Shown piece after piece: positions 26,466-38,850 of a stretch of 64,000 nucleotides of DNA. Location: positions 40,920,001 to 40,984,000 of the forward strand of contig OX597822.1 of NCBI GenBank assembly GCA_951406725.2, written 5' to 3'. The notes beneath the pieces were generated by a model that was not told the origin of the DNA, ran no database searches, and saw only the letters and a list, made by a program, of their open reading frames with translations. A program made the translations under genes and the position numbers. Within the stretch, counting starts at the first letter, position 1. The number at the start of each line of letters is the position of its first letter. Source of the stretch: Octopus vulgaris (taxonomy: Eukaryota).

Positions 26466-27727
26466 CCAGGTCATTAAGAATGAAATGTCCGATTTTGAAC
26501 TGAAAGTTTATTTTACTTTATCTCAACAAAAAGCAATGCAGTTAATCAAAGTATGCACCTGAATTATCAACACAACTTTGCCATTCTTTCGGTAGCTTAT
26601 TTACGCCGGCAGCGAAAAATTCTGGAGAGCAAGAAGGTGAAGAAATCACAAAAGGCTGTTTTTGCATCTTATCTTCTTCAGATTTGAATTCCTTGCAAAA
26701 AGTTGTCTACTGCCTGGAAAACATGATAGTCGGTTGGTGCAAGGTCTGGTGAATATGGTGGTTGACAGAGTGCTTCCAAGTTCAGTTCCTGTAACTTGAG
26801 TAGCGTTCTTTGTGCAACATGTGGCTGAGCATTGTCTTGCAAGAGAATTGGCCTGTCTCTATTGACCAATCTCAGTTGTTTGATTGCAAGTTCACTCATC
26901 ATTTCACCCAATTGGTTGATGTATATCCGCTGTAATTGACTTACCAGGTCTCATGAACCTGTAGTGGATGACACCGGTGCTGGACCACCAAATAAACAAC
27001 TTTAACTTTTTTTTTGTAAATATTCGTTTTGGATTGTGTTTTGGCACTTCGTTTCTATCCAACCATCATACAGAACGCTTGCTTTTGTTGGAAAGAATCC
27101 ATTTTTCACCACATGTAACAATACATGCACAAAATGGTTCGCTTTAATCCCGTGACAGCAACGAACAGTAATTTTCAAGATGACGTGCCGTTTGATGCTC
27201 GTTCAGTTCGTATGGTACCCACTTGTCCAGCTTCTTTACTTTGCCGATTTGTTTCGGATGGTCCAATACAGCTGGAATCGAAACGTCAAATTCACGCATA
27301 ATTTGAGATGTATCTCCTTCCACTAAAGTTTCCAGCTCATCATTATCCACCTTGGTCTCATGTCTACCAAAGTGCTGATTTTCAAGAGTAAAGTCACCAG
27401 ACCGGAACTTCTCAGAGCATCTACGTACAGTGCGCTCATTCGCCACATCTTCACCAAACACCTCATTAATGTTTCGAACTGTCTGGGATGCATTGATTTC
27501 ACGATGGAACTCAAACACGAATTTTTTATCTATCCATGGGTTCACAAAAATTGATTTACAAGAGAAAACTCACAATATAATCAGACACCATGAATTGCCT
27601 TTCGAAGAGTGATGATGTAACTCTTCAATGTTGTAAAACAAAGAATTGTTAGGGTAAAACATTTAGAGTTAACGACTTTCAAACTTGGTGCATAAGAAAA
27701 TCGGACATTTCATTCTTAATGACCTGA
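26466..27727 (-). mobile_element. mariner transposon, Hsmar1/cecropia-like, frameshifted transposase
   Basis: Identical 30-bp TIRs CAGGTCATTAAGAATGAAATGTCCGATTTT; TA TSD. Motifs LDKWVPYELNE and ILLQDNAQPHVAQ...PPYSPDLAPTDYHVFQAVDNFLQG (D34D mariner). Confidence 0.95.
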
Positions 27728-28497
27728 TAGCTTTGAGTCTACCAAAGCCTTGTGAGTAGATCTGAGAGACGGAAAATGAAAGAAGCGCGTCGAATATGTT
27801 TATGCGCGCGCGCGCTTCCCACCACGGCTTGTCAAAGTCAGTTTCATTTATTTCACCATTATCCCCACACACACCACACACTGAAAAATCTCAAAATACA
27901 AAAGCCGAAACCGCTGCATGACGCTACCTTTATGATAGCCGGTTAACGCTATGGGAACTGTTGATGTAACATATGACGATCCTATATCGTTCAGAACTGA
28001 TATCTGATGAGCGTAATTAAAATCAATGTTCGTAAAGAACGATGTAAGGCACAACATAAATGCTGTTGCTGCTATTGTTGCTGCTGCTTATAACTAGGTC
28101 AGTATTGATCGAGCAATCGCTTCAAAAGTGTTCCAACTGTTCATCACACGATTTGAATCTTAGCATTTCACACACAAACACAAGAAAGAAAGGAAGAAAG
28201 TAAAATAGATAGATAGAAAGTTCAAGCTGTGTCCTTTTGGGTCACATCTGCTTATACCAGGACTCTAGAACTGTTTGTAGATATTATATTTGTATGAGAC
28301 ATGCATAAGAATTGAAACATACTGGAAAACGATTTTTTTACAAAGTAATTACATATCAAAACCTAATTGATAATCTCTCAGAAGCATTTACATGTTTCTC
28401 CTGCATGTACAATTTCGTAACTCCTATTAGCAAATGAAGCACGTGTAATGGTGTATAGTTTTTTTTTTCCAATCTCCTCTTTTGATATAAATATAAC

Positions 28498-28545
<48 letters not shown>

Positions 28546-28720
28546 GGAAGGAAGATACTTCATAGTTTTACTAAGTAAGCAGAAACAAGAGAGACAAAAT
28601 GACAAACAACAGAATGATAGATAGGTAGATAACCGCATCTCGTGTAGTAGAGAGTATAAATGTAAAAGACAAAAAATTTTGCATAGAATGGTTTGATTGA
28701 ACCAACTAATGAATACTGAC

Positions 28721-29068
28721 CTCTTAAAATACTCCCATTTGAGTGGGCATTCATCACAAAATGAAGTCTATCAAATTTCTTCATATAATTACACATGTCC
28801 TTCTTACAACACATCAACAATAAAGGGAGACTACTGCCACCCATTGATCTGCTGCTCTGTTGGAGATTTTCTTCAGTCAAAGCACTGTTACATAAACTCC
28901 GATGTGCCATCCTCAAGCCGTCCACACAACCGTGAACCGATACTTCTGTTTCTGTGTTCGTCTGGCTTTGGTCTGTGTGGACAAGTGTGTAGCAGGTGCC
29001 TGTGTGCGACTTACACATGTAGCCAGTGCTTACACAGCCAGATTCATTACAGTGGCAGCGTATCTCGC
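28721..29068 (-). CDS. BAMBI: BAMBI homologue, internal coding exon (activin-receptor-like ectodomain)
   Basis: Translates (G)EIRCHCNESGCVSTGYMCKSHTGTCYT...HGCVDG...LC...MCCKKDMCNY. The 10 Cys match vertebrate BAMBI GEIRCYCDAAHCVATGYMCKS...HGCLD...CCHEDMCNY. Acceptor ttttctctttctctttcc...ccag|GC at 29068 and donor AGAG|gtcagt at 28721. 348 nt, phase 1-1. Confidence 0.93.
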
Positions 29069-29660
29069 CTGGTCATCATACCGGAAAGAGAAAGAGAAAA
29101 GGAATACATTAGTTAAGAATTATTTCTTTGTCCTAAAACACTTAAAATAACAGTTAAACAATTTGAACAATACAGAACTCGGATCATTTTACATCTTCCT
29201 TCCAACCACTTGAAGGTTTTAAAATTTTCACCAGAGTGGAAAAAACTATAGGATGAAAGCAACAAAAATCAATGTTTTAAGGATAAGAATTATGAGGCGT
29301 AGTAGTGTTCATACTTTTATATGGGTCGTTAGAAATGTAATAAGGTGATGGTCCAAACATGGCTGAATAGTTAAGAAATTCACTTTGCTCTCACAAATTG
29401 TGGGTCCAATCCCACTGCATGTTATCTTGGGTAGGTTCTTTTATAAGGCTTCAAGTCAAATCAAAACTTATGAGTGAAAGTGTATTGGCAGAGGGTCCAA
29501 TTAGAGAATAGTCAGTGGGTTCAGTTCCTGGTGACATGTTGTGTCCTTGAGTAAGACATTTTATTTCACATCTACTCAGCTGACAAAAATGAATAATACC
29601 TGTATTCCAAAGGGTCAGCCTTGTCGCATTCTGTGTCACCCTGGATCTCTTCGGGAACTA

Positions 29661-30180
29661 CAGTGGGGCCACTATTAGTTCCATTATTAGCCACAATGAT
29701 ATACTAAAAATTCATCATAGTGTCCTACACTTTTCATGTAGCTTTGCTAGCTGATGACGAAAATCCCATTTCTTTTTTTCTGAAAATTGATAATAAACAA
29801 ATTACAAGCACTTGATCCTACATAATTTTAGCTAATTGAAAACTATTAGTTGCCCACATACCATGGACTAGCATAGAGATCAACAGATGTGAAGTTTAAG
29901 GAAGATTTGGATTCTCTTTCTAGCAGGCCGGAGACCAAGTAAAAGTTTTGTGCGTGCTAATCTCCATGGCAAAGGTAGTCAGAAGCCACGATGCGTCGGC
30001 AACTGGAGGCTTTCGATTGGTTCAAATTATATATATAGCTTGAAATGCTTGTAACTGCTTTATTATTAATAATAAGAGATATCAAGGAAAATTATTGCGA
30101 TTTTTGTCATTAGCAAGCAAAACTACATCAGAGTTGCATCCTTTCAAAATAATCAGCGAAAAATTTCAAACTTTCAAGCG
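29661..30180. mobile_element. Old DNA-transposon/MITE relic with internal inverted repeats
   Basis: Begins TA|CAGTGGGGCCC. ~29735-29812 is a diverged reverse complement of ~30043-30130. Confidence 0.45.
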
Positions 30181-30426
30181 GTTGGAAGTAATTTAAAAAG
30201 ATCCCAGAATGCAATGTGAGACGATAGACTAAGGACTTTGTTCAGGCATTTAAGACAATATTAAAATGAGAGATGGTGGGGGGTAACAAAAGAAAAAGAA
30301 AAGAAAATTGAAAGAAGCAAGATTCAATAGGTGAGAAAACATTGAGTGCTATACAAAAGGAAACCCCAGATGAACCTAACGCGACAGCAAGTCGAATTTC
30401 GATATCCTGCATATGGGTGCTTGTTA

Positions 30427-30632
30427 GGCACAAGGCTTGAAATTTTGGGGGAGAGAACTAGTCGATTACATCGACTCCAGTGTTTCACTGGTACTTAATC
30501 TATTGACCCGAAAAGATAAAAGGCAAAGTTAACCACGGCAGAATTTGAACTCAGAACGGAAACATTTCGACTAGCGTGCTAACGATTCTGCCAGCTCGAT
30601 AATAATAAAAATAATAATAAAAATAATAATAA

Positions 30633-30712
<80 letters not shown>

Positions 30713-31052
30713 GCCCTGATGCAGTACCAGGCAGTGGCTTTCATGGCTTCTGATCTTAACTGATTGGAAGAGTTATCATGTACATTGCTTTGTCTTGGTA
30801 TAAAAGATGGGCTACAGCAAATATTCTGCTCAATAACACAGATAATAATAATCCTTTCTACTAAAGGAACAAGGAGTGAAATTTTGGACGAGGGGACTAG
30901 TCGATTACATCGACCCCAATCAACCGGTCTTAATTTACCGACCCCGAAAGGATGATAGGTAAAGTCGACCTCAGAAGAATTTAAACTCAGAACGTACAGA
31001 CGGACGAAATGCCTGGTGCATTTAGCTTGGCGTGCCAACGATTCTACCAGCT
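30427..31052 (-). mobile_element. Two SINE A copies separated by (AAT)n and another SINE tail
   Basis: Family A blocks at 30427-30598 and 30850-31052; (AAT)n at 30600-30710. Confidence 0.8.
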
Positions 31053-31201
31053 ATAATTCCTAACACACACATACACACACATACACACAAACACACACAC
31101 TTATTTCTTACGTTTGTCACAAGGACACAGATGGAGAGATGCGAAAATAAATCTGCAGCCATCAACGCTATATAAATCTATATACACAATATACATATTC
31201 A

Positions 31202-31253
<52 letters not shown>

Positions 31254-31296
31254 CATACATACATATACATATACACACACACACATACATACATAT

Positions 31297-31333
<37 letters not shown>

Positions 31334-31386
31334 TATACACACACACACACACATATATATTTATACACACATGTATATACATACGT

Positions 31387-31425
<39 letters not shown>

Positions 31426-31446
31426 CATGTATATACATACGTATAC

Positions 31447-31477
<31 letters not shown>

Positions 31478-31494
31478 CATGTATATACATACGT

Positions 31495-31536
<42 letters not shown>

Positions 31537-32066
31537 ATATATGCATGTATATACATACGTAGACATACATATATATACACACATATATACATATATATAC
31601 ACACATATATACGTATATATACATATATGCACATATATATACATATGTATATATACATATATCATATGATCACGTGACCGACCAGGCTATCAGATGTTGA
31701 TACACATCGCTGGTCACAATGCGCTTCGCATTGTTTTAGCCTTCAGTAGTCAGTGCTAGTGCGCGCGAGGTGGTGTGGTATGGTGTATATACGTGTATAT
31801 ACGGTGTGGTGTATATACGTGTGTATGTGTGTGTATAATGTTAAGTAAGGAAGATGACAGGTTCAAAGGAATATTATCAGGACTTTTAGAATAAAGTACC
31901 GAGTTTCTATCTTTGAGTACACGGTTATATTGAGGTACAGATAGAACGCATGTACATGAACATAACCATGTATATTTCGCGTGTGTGCCTGTGAATTTAT
32001 GACAAAATATATTGATATATATTGATTTTATACTTGTGTGTGGGTGTGCGTGCGTTTGTATGTGTG

Positions 32067-32106
<40 letters not shown>

Positions 32107-32114
32107 CACACATA

Positions 32115-32339
32115 AGGCGGCGAGCTGGCAGAAACGTTAGCACGCCGGGCGAAATGCGTTGCCGTATTTCGTCTGCCGTTACGTTCGGAGTTCAAATTCC
32201 GCCGAGGTCGACTTTGCCTTTCATCCTTCCGGGGTCGATAAATTAAGTACCAGTTATGCACTGGGGTCGATGTAATCGACTTAATCCCTTTGTCTGTCCT
32301 TGTTTGTCTCCTCCGTGTTTAACCCCTTGTGGGTAGTAA

Positions 32340-32341
<2 letters not shown>
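32115..32341 (+). mobile_element. SINE family A, well preserved
   Basis: AAGGCGGCGAGCTGGCAGAAACGTTAGCACGCCGGGCGAAATG...GGGTAGTAAAG. Confidence 0.9.
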
Positions 32342-32390
<49 letters not shown>

Positions 32391-32541
32391 CATATATATG
32401 TATATATATACATATATATCTGATCATTTTAACCGATTTCAGCAATTGATCCTGTACACGAGCATTTTGGAAAAAAACACTCTCGATACTCGTCAGAAAG
32501 GCTGATATGAAAAGTATGGCGTCGGCTCTAATTTATGTGAG

Positions 32542-32594
<53 letters not shown>

Positions 32595-33899
32595 TACATA
32601 TACATACATGTGTGTGTGGGTGTCTGTGTGTTATGTAAGCCGAATATTTATCTCGCGACTCGAGTTTCAGGACGCCATGATCCACCTAAGATCGCAGCGG
32701 CAAGAAACACGAGTCGCCGGATAAATATTCAGTTTAAATAAACCATATATAACATGTACTGAGTACTCCTTCCTCATGCGTTCGACACAGATCTACGTTG
32801 AATATGTGTGTGTGTTTGTGTGTTTGTGTGTGAGCAATATCATAGATTAGAACGCCTGTACCTGAATATATCCGTGTATTTTGTTTGAGTGTAAATAGAT
32901 AGATAGGCAGATAGATAGACACCTACATAAATACAAACGTTTATGTAGACATAAAGAACTTGATAGATGCAAAGACGCACGTACACATACATCTGCGCAT
33001 AAATACAGGTATCAAAAAAGAATTCAGTGTGTATGTAGATAGACAGCCAGACAGACAGACAGACATATTACCTATATAGTTTTCAAAGAATTTGTGCGCG
33101 TGTGTGTGTGTACAACCGAAAAGCATGCATCATTTCGACATTCTCGTTGCGAGAATGGAAACACCGCTCCAATGATCGGGAGCCCCATTTGACTAAGCGC
33201 CTTATATACGAGTGTGTGTGTGCTTCTCTCTCTCTCTCTCTCTCTCTCCACACACATTCAAACTTAGCCTCAATGAACCCTCTCTTATTTTCCACAAAAT
33301 TTTTTTTGTCAGTGGTTCGACCAATTGCATCATCTATTCAGTGTAGGTGGCTCCTCCGAGTACTCCACAGACATTTGTACTCCTCAAGTAACTAAGTGTG
33401 ATAAAGTTGACACTTTGAATTTCAAGCGCAATCCATTCTTCATGTTGTAAGAAAGCCTGATCAACTCGAGATGAAGGTAAAAATACACTTGACCGAAATG
33501 TCACGCAAAGAGAACGAACCCATGAGATCAGGATGTCAAAGCGAACTCATTAACCACAAGTCCATGCTTGGGGGCCCATACATGTGTGTATATACACTGA
33601 TATTAATATACGCACACAACTACAAATACATACATATACACACAACCACACACATAACTATAGAGACATACTAACACATTCATATATATATACACACACA
33701 CACACATATTCTGATAACGAATCCTTTAATCAAGTTTGTTGCTTTTGTTATACGTATGAATAAACACTGTGATGTATAAGTTCTTAATGTATTGTAATTT
33801 ATTTATATATTAACTGAGATACCAAGGCTGTCCTGTTTTTCTCTTCAAGTCTTTCCGAAGTAATGTGGAAAAAAAAAACACAAAAAAAAAAAAAACGAA

Positions 33900-34990
33900 T
33901 GAAGCATATTGTTATATTAGGAACCGAAACAGCTGTAAAGTGATGACGTGAGAAAGTCCCCAAATACAAACAAGTAGGTGAAGGGGTCGTTCTGTATTGT
34001 ACGGTGTTGTGACAAAAAGAAAAAACGTTGTGATTTTTTTTGTAATGAAAATATTAAAAGATGATAAGAGTCGCTCATACAGAATACCCAATGGTGTAAA
34101 TTTAAAAATCGGTTCAAAAATTTCAATTTAGTGGTTAATTCAAGGGAAATAACTCATATGTATTTTTAAACCAGTCTGTACGAGGCTACAAAGAGTCTTG
34201 TGCTTACAAAAATTGCTTATCTTTAACGAGGGATTGCAAAAGAGGTTGTATTTCATAACTACCGGGTGTATAAAGGTAAAGCATTGCAGGTGAACGATAA
34301 GAATTAAATAAAATTAAATATATAATTATATTTAAGATACGGGTAGATGTAGATTGATTACATAAAAGGAAGCACATGACAAATTAACAAATCTCTTAAA
34401 ACTGGAATAGAGAGACAAAATTTAATCTGAGTAGGATTAAAATTATGGATATAATTATAGTTAAGGCCGATAAGGATAAAGGATAATTGAAGTTGTATAT
34501 CTAAATATAAACCTTTTTATCTCTTTATATCATTACTATGTCATAAAAGAGGGTTTTATTCGATTCCACGTTTGTCTAGTACAATGTCTTTGGAATTGGT
34601 ATTTAAGGTGATATGGAAGTTATTCGGCTTATTACAGTTACATCTGAGATTGTGACTGGGTATAGGAGGAAATTAAGTATAAACTGAGTTTAGAGAGATA
34701 CACTTTACTTTGTTCAGAGTGAAGTTAAATACGAAAGTTAGACATAAGTTTCTTTTTAAATATTGTAAATTTAAAAAAATATTTTATGGTACCTAAGTTA
34801 CGGTGGGAAAAGTTTCAGTAAAAGGTACAACTATTTTGAACCGTGTAGATTAAGCCAGATTATGTTTATTTTTCAACCGTTGACTTTAAACTAGTTAATA
34901 TTAACAACATATTTATCCTGAAAGTCTCATTGAAGGAAGGTATCATTATAGTATTTGCATAAATCTTTTATTATCTGTTGGTCAGCAGAG
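33900..34990 (-). mobile_element. Heavily decayed Penelope-like element (linker and GIY-YIG end)
   Basis: Minus-strand fragments in the expected order: ETFP...HKIF, FTLNKVK, RCNCNKP, YTPGS, CKHK. Many stops and frameshifts. Confidence 0.5.
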
Positions 34991-36340
34991 AGGATGAATA
35001 ACAAAATACACGGGTATATTCAGGTACAGGCGTTCTAATCTATGATATTGCACACACACATACACACACATATTCAACGTAGATCAGTGTCGAACGCATG
35101 AGGAAGGAGTACTCAGTACATGTTCTAAACGAAGTTATTGATTATATTCTGAAGGTGTTTGGCGCGTTTGTGCATATAGTGCAATGTGTCATATGGTTTG
35201 CGGTCGGAAAATGCATAGTGACATCTGTAAGAAATAGATAACTGTTGAGTTGAGCGGACCTCTCCGGCGTTCTCGACCCCCGGATCATAATCTCTGCTCA
35301 CTGCTATGGGGGAGAGATGGCTACCCGCAGGTGCGAGCCCCGTGAGTCAGAGTGGCTGTTCCAGCGCAACTCCCTCGCCATACATACTCCAGAGCAACGC
35401 CTTTCCATTTTGTCTTCTGGGACTGTTTTAGATATGTCTTTGCTGTGAGGAAGAGGAAAGATATGATTTCGGCAGGGCCCTTCATCAAACTTCAATATTG
35501 TTTGTTTTAATAATGATGTGTTGCTGTACATCCTAAAAAAAAAAACAGTGATAAAAATATAAAAGACATGAGACGCGTCATTCTCTTGGGATAAGTTTCC
35601 TTAGACAAAGATAAGACCATTGTCTACATAAAGCTTAGCTTCGATATGGAGAAATTAGGGTTTTAATTTTAATTTTATGTATAATCTGTCGATATTATAC
35701 ATAATATGTTTAATATTATGTATAATCAGAGCCCTTGCTGTTCCCAATACAAACATCAAATAGAAGTTGGAATGTGTGCATTTCAAATCCAAACAGAACG
35801 CTGATATTAGTCTATTCGGTCTCGCAAGCGTGTAAAATACCTATATGAATCATAGAGACGTCCATCGATCAGATTTGCATAAAAGGGGTTTAGAAAATAC
35901 TTTCTGGCACGAAAACCCCATCTGATTTTCGTAAATAATAAAAATTGAAGATTATATTTAAGCGATTCCTTAAAATCGAAATAGGTATAATATCAATAGA
36001 ATTTTATCACCATTATTGGTTGCAAATTTTTTGGCACAAGGCCAGCAAGTTCGGAAGAGGTGGAAGTCAATCACATCGACTCCAGTGCTCTGTAGAGGTA
36101 GTGTAATATTATTATTGCCACAATATAAGTAATAACGAAACAGATAAGCCCACTTAGCGTAAGTAATACAGATGGACCAATCAGTATGTATATACACATA
36201 CATACATACATACATATATATATACACATACATACCTATACATATATACACATCCATACAAATATTCACATACATATATACATCCCTACATATACATATA
36301 TTCATATATATAAATATACATCCATACATATACATATATT

Positions 36341-36378
<38 letters not shown>

Positions 36379-36453
36379 AATATATATATATACATATATA
36401 TACATGCATATATACATATATATATACACATACATACATATTTATACACATAC

Positions 36454-36520
<67 letters not shown>

Positions 36521-36599
36521 AATACACAGACATATACATACATACAAATACACACACACACATATATATATATACACACACACACACATACATATTCTA

Positions 36600-37010
36600 T
36601 TCTTTTATTCTTTTACTTGTTTCAGTCATTTGACTGCGGTCATGCAGGAGCCCCGCATTTAGTCGTAGAAATCGACCTCAAGAGTTATTCTTTGTAAGCT
36701 TAGTAGGTATTCTATCGATTTCTTTTGCCGAACCGCTATGTTACTGGGGACGCAAATGCACCAACATCGGTTGTCAAACGATGGGGTGAGGGTGGGGAAA
36801 CACAGACACACGCACACAAATATATACGATGGGCTTCTTTCAATTTCCGTCTAACAAACCCACTTACAAGGCTTTGGTCGGCCGGGGGCTTATAGTAGTT
36901 TGGTTGGCCTGAGGCTGCAGTAGAAGACACTTGCCCAAGATGCCACGCAGTGGGACTGAACCTGGAACCATGTGGTTGAGAAGCAAGCTTCTTACCACAC
37001 AGCCACGCCA
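36600..37010 (-). mobile_element. SINE family B
   Basis: Reverse complement colinear with family B. Confidence 0.85.
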
Positions 37011-37142
37011 ACACACACACACATAGAAATATATGCAGACATAAGCAAATACACATACATATATGAGTGTAATACACACACACACACACACAAATATATA
37101 TAAATATACACACATATACACAAAGATATGCTGAAACATAAG

Positions 37143-37198
<56 letters not shown>

Positions 37199-37249
37199 AT
37201 GGAAGCCCACATACGCACATATAGATCATATAGATATATCCAAACGTAA

Positions 37250-37284
<35 letters not shown>

Positions 37285-37373
37285 CACACATACACAAACA
37301 TACATGCATGGACGCTCTCATACACACATAGATATACACAAATATGAGCACACATATATATGCATGCATATTT

Positions 37374-37423
<50 letters not shown>

Positions 37424-38129
37424 TCACACACACATGTATGGACAAACATACTCATACAGACACACACACATTTATTATACGAATGTGTGTATGCGTTGCA
37501 TACACATAGACGCACGAACCAACCAGCCAACCAACCAACCAACCACACACACAATCAGGGCACCAGTGGGTCCGTCTGTCTGGGTGGCGCCTCACTCATT
37601 AGAAAACATCATTTTTCGACCGCCAGCCAGCCACACACACACACCCTACCTTCCTCCCATACATTACGTCTTTATGTAACACACACCATCACCAACAGAC
37701 AAATACACACACACACACACACAGATGCACATACACACACTAAGTGGAAAACGTATAATGTAATACAGACATTTGTACAGAAATATAAATTCCATGCGAA
37801 TAACCGTAAATAACCACATACATGGATATATATACATACATATGTGTGTGTGTGTGTGTGTGGAGGCATGTACATAAATATTCGTAGACAGGCGTAGGAA
37901 CAGACTTATATAGATATAAATACTTAACCGCACGCACACATGTATGTATACTCAGGCACCTACATATACTTATGGATATACACACACATATGTACATATA
38001 TATACACACACACACACACACACATATAGTGAATATGGCGAGCGCTACAACCACACAGTTGCTTCTCTCTTCTGGTAAGTTATGAAACATTGGAAGAAGA
38101 AAAAAACACTATTATAATGGCTGTATGAT

Positions 38130-38460
38130 AAGAAGCTTGCTTCCTAACCACATGGTTCCGGGTTCAGTCCCACTGCGTGGCACCTTGGGCAAATGCCTCC
38201 TTCTATAGCTTCGGGTCGACCAAAACCTCGAGTGGGTTTAGTTGACGGAAAGTGAAATAAGCCCGTCGTGTGTGTGTGTTCATCCGGTGTTGGTGTGTTT
38301 ATGCACTCGTAACTTAGCGGTTCGGTAAAAAAAAAAAAGACCGAAAGAATAAGTACTAGACTTAAGAAAATAAGTCCTGGGGTCGATTCGTTCGACTGAA
38401 ATCCTTTAAGGCGGTGCTCCAGTATGGCTGTAGTCAAATGACTGAAACAAATAAAAGAAT
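38130..38460 (+). mobile_element. SINE family B
   Basis: AAGAAGCTTGCTTCCTAACCACATGGTTCCGGGTTCAGTCCC...TGACTGAAACAAATAAAAGAAT. Confidence 0.85.
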
Positions 38461-38631
38461 ATATATATATAATATATATCAGCCGAAACTGCAAGGATGA
38501 TCTGGAACTCGACTGACGAAAGAATACTCCGAATGACCCGTCATTGTTTTTCTTGTCACTTCTTGTATCATCTGATTGTCTGGATGTTTTGTTGTCGCCT
38601 GTTGCGTTCTTGTCCCATTTTCTGTAGTCTT

Positions 38632-38699
<68 letters not shown>

Positions 38700-38804
38700 C
38701 GTGACCGACCAGGCTATCAGATGTTGATACACATCGCTGGTCACAATGCGCTTCGCATTGTTTTAGCCTTCAGATGACGCAACCCCGCTGGCTAAGCGGG
38801 CAGG

Positions 38805-38850
<46 letters not shown>

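Noticed and set aside
28697-29116. 139-aa plus-strand ORF
   Set aside because: Antisense shadow of the BAMBI exon.
31096-31165. Minus-strand [17 protein letters not shown]|gtaag as BAMBI exon 1
   Set aside because: Donor is phase 0 in this frame but the ectodomain exon needs phase 1; the phase-1 frame is not signal-peptide-like.
31667-31746. Near-identical ~75-bp sequence repeated at 38696-38773
   Set aside because: Best explained as a truncated SINE/LINE tail embedded in (TA)n tracts rather than a conserved ncRNA.
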